From Polyangiaceae bacterium (GTDB taxonomy: Bacteria > Myxococcota_A > Polyangia > Polyangiales > Polyangiaceae): 64,000 nucleotides of DNA. Below are positions 28,230 to 37,958 of the stretch, one piece after another (the stretch's first letter is position 1; every line of letters starts with the position of its first letter). The position numbers and the translations under genes are program-made. The DNA is taken from NCBI GenBank assembly GCA_044376115.1, contig JBILLK010000011.1:32001-96000 (forward strand), in the 5' to 3' direction. Under the pieces are notes generated by a model. The model made no database searches and was not told the DNA's origin. It was given only the letters and a program-made list of their open reading frames with translations.

Positions 28230-28796
28230 TTAGGCAGACGGTGTGCGCAGCGGCTTGAGCGCTCCGGACCACGCCACCACCTGGTCGAGCATGGTCGCTA
28301 CGGTGCGCTCGTGCTTCGGGTCGGGCTTGAAGGTGCTGTAATTCTCGAAGTCGGTGCCAAGCGAAAGCGCCACCTGCGCGCGCACATCTGCAACCAGTAG
28401 TTCGCCCATGATCAGGCGCAGCATCTCGACTGCACGCGTGCCTCCCTGCCCGCCGTAGCCGACGAAGCCAGCCGCCTTGTTGTTCCACTCACGGAAAAGG
28501 AAATCGAGCGCGTTCTTGAGCGCGCCCGAGGGAGCATGATTGTATTCGGGGGTCACGAATACGAAGCCGTCGAGCGAGTCGATTTTGCGTGACCAGGCTT
28601 TGGTGTGCTCGTGCTGGTACTTGCCGAAGGAGGGCGGACTTGGTTCGTCGAGCAGTGGGAGGTTGAAGTCTGCGAGGTCCACCAGTTCGTAGCTCGCGTC
28701 GCCTCGCCGTTGGGCGAGCGTGTGAATCCAGGTCGCTACGGCGGGGGCTTTGCGCCCTGGGCGCGTACTTCCAATGATGATGCCGATGGTGAGCAT
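28230..28796 (-). CDS. NADPH-dependent FMN reductase
   Basis: GSTRPGR, VTPEYNH...GALKNALD, EWNNK. Confidence 0.94.
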   Translation of the reverse strand: MLTIGIIIGSTRPGRKAPAVATWIHTLAQRRGDASYELVDLADFNLPLLDEPSPPSFGKYQHEHTKAWSRKIDSLDGFVFVTPEYNHAPSGALKNALDFLFREWNNKAAGFVGYGGQGGTRAVEMLRLIMGELLVADVRAQVALSLGTDFENYSTFKPDPKHERTVATMLDQVVAWSGALKPLRTPSA

Positions 28797-28863
28797 GCCC
28801 TTCGTCTAGCGCGGGCGAAGGCAGACGTCATTCGCCGCCGCGTGGCCGCTTTGTCTTGCCCGT

Positions 28864-30243
28864 TCAGCGTGGAAAGCAGGCCTTGAAACGATCGAGCAGC
28901 TGGCGGTTACCCTCGATGCGCAGCCGGCGGAGCAGCACCGCCGCGACGGGGCTCTTGCGGCCATTGACGATGTCTAGCCATAGGCTGGCGCTGGTGCGAA
29001 CGACGACATCCGGGCTACCGACGAGCTGCTCGGGGGTGATGGCCAACGTACCGTCGTCGATGCGCACGGTGGCATCAATCCCGTCCTCCCCGGAGAGGAT
29101 GAAGTGAAACGTTGCACGGAGCCCAAGGGCAGCTCCCTTTTGGAAGATGAGCGGCATGGCGCGAAAGAGCCCGCGCGCGTTGGTCGCGCGCAGTGAACTG
29201 CGAACCACGCGTAGCCGCTTATGAGGGAAACGCTTTTTCGCGTGCGTCTCAGCGTCGGAGCCAGCAACCACGTACAGCGTCTCCTCGCGCTCGGTGAGCG
29301 GTTTGACGACCTCCTTGAGGTGCGCGGCACGCCGATCGAGAAAGCCCCCCAGGACGTCTTCCCCGGCTGGGCACACGGCAATGCAATACGCAGCTTTGTA
29401 GTTCGGCTGATACGCCAGGCTCTGCCAAAGACTCGTAGCGTCATTGAGCGGGACTCGGTCCCGGAACTCATGGCGGTCCTTGCTCTCCACCGCCTCCTCG
29501 ACGAAGTCGGTGAAGCCCGTCATGAACTCGCGGTAGTTGTGGTCGTAACAAGCTGAGAAGCGAAATTCGCCTTCCGGCTCGATCGCTCCAACGGGGCAGG
29601 CCGCCACGCACAGCTTACAATCGATGCACGGGTTGTAATCGAGCGCTTGCGGGGCCGCGGCGACCTCGGCTGTGGAGATCACCGTTCCCAATAGGATGAA
29701 CGAGCCAAAGCGCGGATGGATCACGCTTCGGTGAAGTCCCATTTTGCCAAGCCCGGCGGCCACTGCCACCCGCTTGTGCGACACGATCCAAGCGCGGCCT
29801 GGAAAGTCCTGCATCTCCATCGGAAAAGCCATTGCCGGGTTGATGCTCGAGAAACCGCGCTCCGAGAGAGTGATCGCGAGCCGGCGTGCGATGTCATCCA
29901 CCTCGTGACCCACACGGTGGAATTCCAGGTTCGCCACACTGCGTCGTGGGCTGCGCGTATTCGCCGGGTGCATCCGCAACACGAGCGCGATCAAGCTACG
30001 AGCCCCAGGCATCGCCGCAAGCACGTAGGGCCGCTCCTCGGCGAGGTCCGGGTGGTCGAGGGAGATGGCCGCGGCGTCGTCAGCGCCAACCTCGAGCGCG
30101 AGCTGCCTTAGCTCGGCTGCGGAAAGTGGCTCCGCCACTTCACGTTGTGCACGCGCACGCACCGCCTTTACCGAGGGGTGTTCGGCCAGCCGCGCCGCCG
30201 AGCCAACGGGGATATTGCCAGCTACGGGAGTCTTGCTTTGCAT
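28864..30243 (-). CDS. QueG/reductive-dehalogenase-like Fe-S protein with C-terminal SCP2 sterol/lipid-binding domain
   Basis: SHK..A.AAGLG..G.H....HP.FGS...L; CIDCKLCVAACPVGAI; C...YCIAVCP; SCP2-like C-terminus (PDVVVRT....W........SP..A.....L..EG). Confidence 0.85.
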   Translation of the reverse strand: MQSKTPVAGNIPVGSAARLAEHPSVKAVRARAQREVAEPLSAAELRQLALEVGADDAAAISLDHPDLAEERPYVLAAMPGARSLIALVLRMHPANTRSPRRSVANLEFHRVGHEVDDIARRLAITLSERGFSSINPAMAFPMEMQDFPGRAWIVSHKRVAVAAGLGKMGLHRSVIHPRFGSFILLGTVISTAEVAAAPQALDYNPCIDCKLCVAACPVGAIEPEGEFRFSACYDHNYREFMTGFTDFVEEAVESKDRHEFRDRVPLNDATSLWQSLAYQPNYKAAYCIAVCPAGEDVLGGFLDRRAAHLKEVVKPLTEREETLYVVAGSDAETHAKKRFPHKRLRVVRSSLRATNARGLFRAMPLIFQKGAALGLRATFHFILSGEDGIDATVRIDDGTLAITPEQLVGSPDVVVRTSASLWLDIVNGRKSPVAAVLLRRLRIEGNRQLLDRFKACFPR

Positions 30244-30255
30244 GATGGTCATCAT
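30242..30255. promoter_or_regulatory. Candidate TetR operator copy 2 (ATGATGGTCATCAT)
   Basis: 13/14 identical to the palindrome at 30836-30849 and in the same position relative to the ATG. Confidence 0.65.
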
Positions 30256-30282
30256 TCCTTTGCGCAAAAAAAGAGACGGGCG

Positions 30283-30837
30283 TCAGGTACTCGCGCTGGT
30301 TTCTGCGGCTCGCAGGATGCGCTCGGACAACTCAGGGTCGTCCACCAGCCTGGCCAAGACCACCGCGCCCACCATGGTTGCCGTCATGCGTAACGCTTCA
30401 TCCGAGGGCTGCCTTTTTGCACGCTGCGGGTTCAATTTGCGTTCGACCAGGCCCAACAGCCCGCGCGCAACCTCAGCGAATGCAGCGCGCACATTCGCCG
30501 GTTGCCGCGTCCCGTCGCTACCGAGCGCCGCAATCACGCAGCCCTGCTCGGGATGGCGAACGTGTCCCGTTGATAAGTAGTGGCGCAGTGTCTCCTTGAG
30601 CGTCCGTTCATCCGCGAAGGTCTGCTTCCCAGTGCGCCGCCCCGCTGCCAACACGGCTGCAGCAACCAAGCTGTCGCGGTTCTCAAAGTGCGAATAGAAG
30701 CCGCCGTGCGTAAGGCCCACTCGCTTCATCAACGCAGGAATGCTCACCCCGTCGAGCCCGTGAGCGCGCAGCTCCTCCGCAGCTGTCTCAACGATTCGCT
30801 CGCGCATAGCCTCTTTGTGGCCATCCGGGTATCGCAT
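30283..30837 (-). CDS. TetR/AcrR family regulator
   Basis: MRYPDGHK...LMKRVGLTHGGFYSHFENRD, GC..AAL. Confidence 0.93.
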   Translation of the reverse strand: MRYPDGHKEAMRERIVETAAEELRAHGLDGVSIPALMKRVGLTHGGFYSHFENRDSLVAAAVLAAGRRTGKQTFADERTLKETLRHYLSTGHVRHPEQGCVIAALGSDGTRQPANVRAAFAEVARGLLGLVERKLNPQRAKRQPSDEALRMTATMVGAVVLARLVDDPELSERILRAAETSAST

Positions 30838-30849
30838 GATGATCATCAT
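30836..30849. promoter_or_regulatory. Candidate TetR operator copy 1 (ATGATGATCATCAT)
   Basis: Perfect 14-bp palindrome overlapping the tetR start codon. Confidence 0.7.
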
Positions 30850-30940
30850 CTCATGCCGCCGAGGTGATGTCAATTCGCCCAGCTTGCCGTTTTGGAGGTT
30901 GAGCCCTAAACGCAAACGACTTCAGCGACTGAAGGCCCGC

Positions 30941-31291
30941 ATGCCCTTAATGATGCAGCTCTCCTTGTGGCTCAACATTGGCGTCTTGATCCCAGTGACG
31001 GCTACGCTCGCGCTCAATCGTCCGGGGGCGTCGTTCGTATTTGGTGAGCGCACTCCTGCGCGAGGCATCCTGCTTTCGATCTACTTCGCCATCCTCGTGC
31101 TCTCGGCTGTGTTGCTCTGGACCGCGGATTTACGCGCGTGCGCAACCCTGCTGCTGATGCAGGTCGTCTACAAATTGAGCACGCCCGTGACCGTTGGGAG
31201 CCTCAAGAACCCTGTCGTTCTCAGCAACCTAGCGATCTCGCTCGTGCACATCGTGTCACTGTGGAGCGCCCGCGCCCTCCTGCTCGAGTAG
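30941..31291 (+). CDS. Small membrane protein
   Basis: Four hydrophobic segments, TPARGILLSIY, Q..YK, NPVV.SNL. Confidence 0.75.
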   Translation: MPLMMQLSLWLNIGVLIPVTATLALNRPGASFVFGERTPARGILLSIYFAILVLSAVLLWTADLRACATLLLMQVVYKLSTPVTVGSLKNPVVLSNLAISLVHIVSLWSARALLLE

Positions 31292-31312
31292 GCGTCGAAG
31301 CTGGCGTCGTGG

Positions 31313-32560
31313 TTAGTACGTCGCGAGGATGGCCAGGGAGACAGCCATCGTCGGGATCGCGACGAGCACGCCAACCCGAATAAAGGCACCAACACCCACG
31401 TTGACCTCCGCCCGTCGAAGCATCTCGAGCCAAAGCAGCCCAGCGAGCGACCCCATTGGCAACAGGCGAGGACCGAGATCGCCCCCAACGAGTGCTGCAA
31501 AGATCGCGCTTCGCGGCGCTGACGCGCTTTCCAGCGCGATCATGTTGAGGTGCGACATCGGGTGGTTGTTGAGCACCGCCGAGCCAAGCGCCGACATCAC
31601 GCCGACGGTAAAGACGTCGGCCTCATGGTAGGCGCGAGCGAGACGCTCGACAAAACCGACGTCACGTAGCCCCAAGCTGATCACCAGAACGGCCAACAAG
31701 AAGGCCAACGTGTCCCACGAAACGCTGGCCGTGAGCTCGCGCGAGGGCATGCCTTGGTGGTGGTGCGCGAGCAACAGCGCGACCGCGGCGCCTGTCGTGG
31801 CGGCTGGCCATATCGGGGCGCCCAAAAGCGCCAATACCGGGTAGACACCGAGCACCACCAGGACGACTGCGAGCAGTCTTCGTTGCAGCTTACTTGGCGG
31901 CACCTTCGCGATTGGCTGCGGCTCCAGCGTCGTGCCGAGTTGCCGCGCAAAGAGCAGACGCAAAACAACGAATGCAACCACCCAGCCAGCGACCGCCACC
32001 GGGGCCATGCGGCTCGCATACTCCGCAAAGCCAATGCCCGAGAACTCGGCTACCACCATATTCATCGGGTTGGACACGGGGAGCGCGGCCACCCCCGCCG
32101 ACATGAAGACCGCAAAGGCGAAAGGGGGCAGCAGCTCTGGTCGACCAGGGAACCGCCGCTTGACCAAGGTGATGACGATCGGAGTCAGCAGCAGAATCGC
32201 CGCGTCGTTGTTGAGCACCGTCGAGGTAAGGACACCCAGCACGTAGACCATCAGAAACAGTCGCTGGGTCGACGAGGCCCGCGCTTCGATCTCTTGGGCG
32301 CACCAAGCGAGCAGCCCTGAGCGATGCGCCACATGCGTCATGATCATGATCGCGGCGATCGTGACAAAGGGGGCCCATAGGTTGGTGGCGGCCTCGGCGA
32401 CGTGTCGCACGTGGACGACGCCAAAGAGTGCTAGCAGCAGGGCTCCGAAGATCGCCGCCGCTGCAGGCGATACGCGATAGGACTTGCTCAACCTGGGCCG
32501 CGAGACGACCAGCCCCAGCGTTCCAACAACCGTGGCGTAGGCGGCAAACTCGAGCATCAC
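31313..32560 (-). CDS. ArsB/NhaD (ion transporter superfamily) permease
   Basis: LNNDAAILLLTP, LPVSNP.N, NNHP, GPRLLPMGSLAGLLW. Confidence 0.88.
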   Translation of the reverse strand: MMLEFAAYATVVGTLGLVVSRPRLSKSYRVSPAAAAIFGALLLALFGVVHVRHVAEAATNLWAPFVTIAAIMIMTHVAHRSGLLAWCAQEIEARASSTQRLFLMVYVLGVLTSTVLNNDAAILLLTPIVITLVKRRFPGRPELLPPFAFAVFMSAGVAALPVSNPMNMVVAEFSGIGFAEYASRMAPVAVAGWVVAFVVLRLLFARQLGTTLEPQPIAKVPPSKLQRRLLAVVLVVLGVYPVLALLGAPIWPAATTGAAVALLLAHHHQGMPSRELTASVSWDTLAFLLAVLVISLGLRDVGFVERLARAYHEADVFTVGVMSALGSAVLNNHPMSHLNMIALESASAPRSAIFAALVGGDLGPRLLPMGSLAGLLWLEMLRRAEVNVGVGAFIRVGVLVAIPTMAVSLAILATY

Positions 32561-32699
32561 CGCATCATCGACGGAGCCGAGCCAGCCCGATGTGACATGT
32601 CGCCAGTGGATGTTACAGCGCGGTTACAGCATTCGATTGTGGTCCTTGTCAGGGTTGGGCGGGCCGCCCGTCCGATGCGCCTCTCTTCGAGGGAATTGT

Positions 32700-34094
32700 A
32701 TGAACGGGCTCGACTTGACCGCAGGAACTCGACTATCGCTCGCACGCATCGGTATCTCGACACAGCTAGCGGGTGAACTCCGCTCCGAGGTCAGGAGCTT
32801 GTTGCGGCTCGCCTGGCCGCTCGTGCTCAGCTTCATGGGCCACAACTTGCTCGGCTTCGTCGATACGGCGATGGTGGGCCGACTTGGCGCGACCGAGCTA
32901 GCAGGCGTCGCGATTGGTAACGGGCTCTTCTTCACGACCTGCGTTTTCGGTATGGGGCTGGTTAGCAGCCTCGATCCGATCGTCGCGCAGGCCGTGGGCG
33001 CAGGGGAGGGCGCACGCGCTCAGGCGGCTCTTCGCGCTGGGGTGAAGCTCGCTCTTTGGAGCTCCTTGCTCGTGATGGGGCTCGCATTGCTCTCGCCCTT
33101 GCTTCTACCGGTGTTTGGCATCTCTCAGGCGATCACCGAGGTCGCGCAGCAATTTACCTGGGCCCGGGCTCCGGGCGCGATCCCCTTCGTCATCGCGATG
33201 GCACTGCGCAGTTATTTGCAGGCCCGGGGCGCGACCATGGCCATGCTCTGGGGCGCGATGGGCGCCAACGTCGTTAACTTCGCGCTGAACTACTTATTAA
33301 TCTTCGGGCATCCCGGGCTCGGTGTCCCCGCGCTAGGTGTGATCGGCTCGGGCCTCGCGTCGAGCGCTGCGACGCTCGCGCAGCTCGGCGTTCTGATCTT
33401 TGTTCTACGCTTGCTGCCGCGACTTAGTGGCGGCGGAGAGACTCAGATCTCCCAGCGTCAGCTCGTGAAAATCGGACTGCCCATCAGCATCACGCTGGTG
33501 GCGGAGGTCGCTGCGTTTGCGATTGTCGGGTTGCTTGCGGGGCGAATTGGTCCGGAGGCGACCTCGGGCCACCAAGTGGCTATCCAGCTCGCAAGCTTCA
33601 CCTTCATGGTCTCCATGGCTGTCGCCAATGCCACCACCGTGCGGGTTGGTAATGCCGTGGGCCGTGGCGATTCTCGCGCGGTGCGGCTCGCTGGCTGGGT
33701 TGGTCTCGCGGTTTCAGCGGCCTATATGACAATAACCGCCCTGTCCTTCCTGCTTTTTGCCGAGCCGTTAGCCCGGGTGCTCTCCGACAGACCCCTGGTC
33801 ATTGCTAGCGCCGTGCCTTTGGTTCATATCGCAGCTGGCTTTCAGCTGTTTGACGGCGCACAGGTGGTAGCGGGCGGCGCGTTGCGTGGCCTCGGTGATA
33901 CCAAGAGCGCGCAACACGCCAATCTAATCGGCTATTACCTATTGGGCTTACCGCTCGCCGTCTGGTTGAGCTTCGGCTTGGGCTTTAATGAACAAGGCCT
34001 TTGGTGGGGCCTTTGCGCCGGGCTTGGGTTTGTGGCGTCGTTTCTCGTTTATCGGTTCGCCAAGCTGAGTCGAGACGCCCTCGCGCGGACGTAG
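32700..34094 (+). CDS. MATE family efflux transporter (NorM-like)
   Basis: VDTAMVGRLG, LIFG..G.PALG..G, FQLFDG.Q....GALRG.GDT. Confidence 0.93.
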   Translation: MNGLDLTAGTRLSLARIGISTQLAGELRSEVRSLLRLAWPLVLSFMGHNLLGFVDTAMVGRLGATELAGVAIGNGLFFTTCVFGMGLVSSLDPIVAQAVGAGEGARAQAALRAGVKLALWSSLLVMGLALLSPLLLPVFGISQAITEVAQQFTWARAPGAIPFVIAMALRSYLQARGATMAMLWGAMGANVVNFALNYLLIFGHPGLGVPALGVIGSGLASSAATLAQLGVLIFVLRLLPRLSGGGETQISQRQLVKIGLPISITLVAEVAAFAIVGLLAGRIGPEATSGHQVAIQLASFTFMVSMAVANATTVRVGNAVGRGDSRAVRLAGWVGLAVSAAYMTITALSFLLFAEPLARVLSDRPLVIASAVPLVHIAAGFQLFDGAQVVAGGALRGLGDTKSAQHANLIGYYLLGLPLAVWLSFGLGFNEQGLWWGLCAGLGFVASFLVYRFAKLSRDALART

Positions 34095-34102
34095 CTGGCA
34101 GC

Positions 34103-35986
34103 TCAGCCTTGGGGTCTGAAGAAGATGGGCGAGGTCCAAGCTCGCTCACGGATCGTGGTCGGTATGGTTGGGTCGGTGCACGAGGGATGGTTCGGCTGGA
34201 CTTGGCAATCGAGCGCAGACCAACGAGGGGTGGGCTGCTCGAGCAAGCGGACGTAGTAGAGCGACGGCACGCCCGGCGTGAACGCGGGGGCCTTCCACGT
34301 TCGACAGAACGTTGCTTGGTCCGCTCCACTCAGCTGCGTCGTTTCGAGAGCCACCTGTGGTTCGCCCAGGTTGTCGAGCCCCACGCGGACGATGTCCAGC
34401 CGATCCAGCGGTGTACCCGCGGAGGTCGCCGCCACGAACAGCGTCGGATTCGACATGCCGATCACGTCGGCGCCCATCGTTGCGGCGCCGGCCTCGAGCA
34501 GGGCCTTGGGGAACTCAGGATCTCGGCAAAACGCCTCGGCAGCGCCGTCGGCGACGCCATCCAGGGCGAAGAAACGAACCGGGATCCGAGGGCCGCTGGT
34601 TGCGTAGGTCTCTCGCCGCTGTAGCGCACTGAAGATCTCCTCACGGGTGTTCTCGTGTGCCCATACACCGGTGATTGCGCCTGGCCCGAAGTTGATGGCA
34701 TCGAGGCGGTCACTCACGGCCGCGTCGGTGCTCGCTGCGTGGCCCTTCCAATCCGACTCTTGCACATAGCCGGGAACGCCGTTGTGCGTGTCGGTTGCAC
34801 CGATGATTCCCATCTGCAACGGGTTGGCGCCGTCGGACTCCTGAAGCATCAGCCCTCGTCCGAGCGCATTGCGCACGTAGCCCGGCGCCGAGGTCGCAGG
34901 GTCCGAGTCGTCGGCGTCCTCGAACGAACACTCTGGGTCGGAGAGCGCTCCCCCAGGGGCGCACTCCGAGGCGCCTTTGTGTTGATAGATCTCGACCAGC
35001 CGCTGATAGCGACTCATGTACTCGCGCGTAATCGGATCGGGATCGTCCGCCGTGTCGAACATGAGGCCGTTCGACAGATTCGAGTTGTGAGGAATCGTCA
35101 GCGCGTCGCAGCCCAACTCCGGCTTGCAGTTCGCATCGAGGGCCTGCCAAAGCTCGACTGCGGTCGGGTAGGCGATGTAGTCGAAGGGAACGGCAGGCAC
35201 GTTGTCGGACGAAAAGATCACATTGCGGTGGAGGTTGGCCGCACCGGTGGTGGCGGTCCACTCGTAGGCAATGAGCGAGGTAAAGCTGCACGGTGCATTG
35301 GCAGCGGCAGCGGCCTCTTGGACCTTCACCCAGGCGGAAGACAACGCTGCGGCGCACTGCGCGGCGTTTTGCGGGGTAACGCAGCCGGGAAGTGGAGGCG
35401 GGTCGGTTGCGGCCAGTCGGGCCAGCAGCAAAACCAGGTTGGTTCCTTGCTCCGTCGAGCCTTGATTGTTGAGGTCAGCACAGAGGTCTTCGTTGCCCGC
35501 AGCTCCGAGCTGGCACTGTGCGGTGACCGAAAGAAATTCGGAGTGATCGGTGACGGCTGCAAAGTCGAGAGGCGCTTCGAGGGTGGCGACCTCGAGGCCC
35601 CCGCTACCTGCGTCGATGGCTGCGGGACCGTCACCGCGCGCAAAGGCGTACGCCGCGGCTGGGTCGTTGCGGTTGCCGAACACGAAGCTGTCGATCGAGT
35701 AGGACGTGTGGACGTGGAGGTCTCCCCAGTAGACGTTCTTGGTCGGGTGGTACAAGCCAGGCCCGCACACGCCCGTGTTCGGTGTTCCGCCGGCTCCGCC
35801 ACCTCCCTCCGCACCAGCTCCGCCCGCGCCCGCAGCGCCGACGCCGGTTCCGCCGGCTCCGGCTGCGCCGACGCCAGCACCACCTGCGCCGCTGCCACCG
35901 TTTGCGCCAGCTGCAGCGCTGCTGTCGTCACCACACGCAGCGGCGGCGAGCACCAACCAAAGCGCTGAAACGTTCACTCGAATCAT
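34103..35986 (-). CDS. DUF3604 domain lipoprotein (PHP-like metal-binding fold)
   Basis: WGDLHVHTSYS.D, LDFAAVTDHSE, YEWT, NLHRNVIF, IPHNSN.SNG, E..Q.KG.SE, TDTH, RETYATSGPRI, ERAWTSPI. Confidence 0.92.
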   Translation of the reverse strand: MIRVNVSALWLVLAAAACGDDSSAAAGANGGSGAGGAGVGAAGAGGTGVGAAGAGGAGAEGGGGAGGTPNTGVCGPGLYHPTKNVYWGDLHVHTSYSIDSFVFGNRNDPAAAYAFARGDGPAAIDAGSGGLEVATLEAPLDFAAVTDHSEFLSVTAQCQLGAAGNEDLCADLNNQGSTEQGTNLVLLLARLAATDPPPLPGCVTPQNAAQCAAALSSAWVKVQEAAAAANAPCSFTSLIAYEWTATTGAANLHRNVIFSSDNVPAVPFDYIAYPTAVELWQALDANCKPELGCDALTIPHNSNLSNGLMFDTADDPDPITREYMSRYQRLVEIYQHKGASECAPGGALSDPECSFEDADDSDPATSAPGYVRNALGRGLMLQESDGANPLQMGIIGATDTHNGVPGYVQESDWKGHAASTDAAVSDRLDAINFGPGAITGVWAHENTREEIFSALQRRETYATSGPRIPVRFFALDGVADGAAEAFCRDPEFPKALLEAGAATMGADVIGMSNPTLFVAATSAGTPLDRLDIVRVGLDNLGEPQVALETTQLSGADQATFCRTWKAPAFTPGVPSLYYVRLLEQPTPRWSALDCQVQPNHPSCTDPTIPTTIRERAWTSPIFFRPQG

Positions 35987-36981
35987 CAACGTGCCTCCTC
36001 GATAAACATCGAAATTGTGCGGGAAAAGAGCCAAAATATTGCAAGTCCACCGCTCGCGAGCACGACGCCCCGTTGGAGCCAGAGCTGCGCTTGGCTCTTT
36101 CGTAAGCCGTGCACCAGTCCCAGCATCGCCAGCACCATCAGCAGCTGACCGAACTCGACGCCGAGTCCAAAACCGAGGAGCGCGGGCGCGATGTTTTTTT
36201 CGGGCAAACCCACCTCGGTGAGGCCCCCAGCGAAGCCCAGCCCGTGCACGAGGCCAAACGTCAAAGCGATCGGAACGACCTCGCGGGCGTGTGCCGCGCG
36301 ACGGCCAACGTCGAGCGCGATCAACACAATCGAGAGCGCGATGCATGCTTCGGTGGGTGCAGGGTTCAGTCGAATCCAGCCCAGGCTCGTGGCAGCAAAA
36401 GCAAGTCCGTGGGAGAGGGAGAAGGCCGTTTCGGCGAGCAGGACCAGCCGCAACTTCCGCACATGCAGGACCAGCAGCGCGAGGAAAAGCAGATGATCCA
36501 ACCCGCCGGCGATGTGCGCGAGCCCGAGCGCTACATAATCGAAGCCGGTCTGCACGGGACTTCGCGGTGCTGGCAATGCGAGGCTCGGTTGCTGCGGCAA
36601 AACGACCGCTGAGGACTCATTCCCCGCGAGGTCCCGGAACCAGAGCGTGGCCTCCTCCAGCTCACGACCAAGGCCGTGAAGTCGAACGCTTCGTCCGGCG
36701 AGACCGCCCTCGCACTGAGCCCGAAAACTGCGCACTCGTCCGCTATCGGAGATGACCGCGCGCCCCTCCGGCTCGACGACGCAACCGTCTATATCGAACG
36801 TAAAGGAGGGTGCCTCGACGGTGGTTCGAACGCGCACGATGGCGCTTCCCGAGCTGGTCTCGTCGATCTCGAGATAGGCGCTGCGCATTCCGTGCGCGAG
36901 CGCCAAGCTCGGCGCGACGAAGAGCAGGACCGTGATCACGAGCCAGCGCGAAAACTGCAACAAGGCTGACCTTTGCAACAT
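35986..36981 (-). CDS. HupE/UreJ family protein
   Basis: Signal peptide followed by AH; LG..HI..G.DHLLF, TAF...H, EA.IALSI, FGLVHGLGFAG.L, GVE.GQL. Confidence 0.9.
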   Translation of the reverse strand: MLQRSALLQFSRWLVITVLLFVAPSLALAHGMRSAYLEIDETSSGSAIVRVRTTVEAPSFTFDIDGCVVEPEGRAVISDSGRVRSFRAQCEGGLAGRSVRLHGLGRELEEATLWFRDLAGNESSAVVLPQQPSLALPAPRSPVQTGFDYVALGLAHIAGGLDHLLFLALLVLHVRKLRLVLLAETAFSLSHGLAFAATSLGWIRLNPAPTEACIALSIVLIALDVGRRAAHAREVVPIALTFGLVHGLGFAGGLTEVGLPEKNIAPALLGFGLGVEFGQLLMVLAMLGLVHGLRKSQAQLWLQRGVVLASGGLAIFWLFSRTISMFIEEAR

Positions 36982-36983
36982 GC

Positions 36984-37910
36984 TCAGTCCTCCACCGAAG
37001 GGGCGGTGTGAATCGCGGTCCTGGCGAGCGAGCGGTGGTCAACGAAGGGCTCTCCCTCCACGTGCACGACGTAGCGATTGAGCAAGCGGTCGACATAGTG
37101 GGCGACCGCCGTCTCTCGACGCGCGATCAGCGCGTCGAGAGCGAGGCGGTCGCGGACGGCCTCGAAGGGGGCGATCGCATCGCCACTCCGGCGCAGGATC
37201 TTGACCAAGTGGTGACCGTGAGTCGAAGCGATGGGCTCGCTCCACAGGCCCTCGGGGAGCTCGGATACCGCCTGTTTGAAGTCAACGCCCCAACTTCGAT
37301 CGAGGTCCCGAGCGGCGATCGATACTCTTCGGGGCTGCGGGAATGCCTCACCCAACGGCGGAGGTGCGTCGCTCGTTGGCAGCGCCAGTACTTGGTCGCG
37401 AAGGGCTGTGAGGGTCGCGGACTCGCGAGCGAACACATGCACAAAATCGAGCCGTTCCGGCGCGCGGTAACGCTCGGGGTGACGGTCGTAGAAGTCTCGC
37501 AGGTCCTGTTCGCTCAGGCTGCGCGAGGCTCCGCCTTGGTCCTCCGCTAGGAACAGCAGCTTCTGAATGAGGCGGTTGCGAACGATCGTATCGCCCGAGT
37601 CGAGGCCGAGCCTGCGCGCCTCGCGCACCAGCAGCTCATCTTCGATGGCGCGACTGCGGATCTCCGCGCGCGCCTCGTCACTGAGCGGCTCGCCCCCTCG
37701 GCGGGCCTGTTCCCGTGCCACTGCGGCGGAGACGCGAGCCTCCGGAATGTCGACCCTGAAGGGATCTTCGAGCGGCGGTGCGATGGCGAAGAGCACCGCT
37801 CCGATACCTAGAAATTGAAGCAGTCGCGAGTTGTAGACCGGAGCGAGCCGTCCCAGTGGTTTGTGGAGCGGCTTTTCGAGGGTGGTGCTGTCCAAGGCTT
37901 CGAGCGACAT
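36984..37910 (-). CDS. PpiC/SurA-like peptidyl-prolyl isomerase
   Basis: N-terminal anchor, EA..LGLD.GD.IVR.RL.QK, W..PI.S.HG.HLV. Confidence 0.88.
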   Translation of the reverse strand: MSLEALDSTTLEKPLHKPLGRLAPVYNSRLLQFLGIGAVLFAIAPPLEDPFRVDIPEARVSAAVAREQARRGGEPLSDEARAEIRSRAIEDELLVREARRLGLDSGDTIVRNRLIQKLLFLAEDQGGASRSLSEQDLRDFYDRHPERYRAPERLDFVHVFARESATLTALRDQVLALPTSDAPPPLGEAFPQPRRVSIAARDLDRSWGVDFKQAVSELPEGLWSEPIASTHGHHLVKILRRSGDAIAPFEAVRDRLALDALIARRETAVAHYVDRLLNRYVVHVEGEPFVDHRSLARTAIHTAPSVED

Positions 37911-37958
37911 GAACCTTGGACCCGGACGCACGGCCGTGGGTAAAGTCGAGCGCGCAGT

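Noticed and set aside
32338..32350. TCATGATCATGA palindrome resembling the TetR box
   Set aside because: Lies mid-CDS, is explained by Ile-Met-Ile-Met codons, and does not match the box spacing.
34655..35968. Long antisense ORFs (also 48053-49153 -, 50522-51637 +, 22664-23542 -, 24770-25645 -)
   Set aside because: Shadow ORFs opposite well-supported genes, expected at high GC; no motifs.
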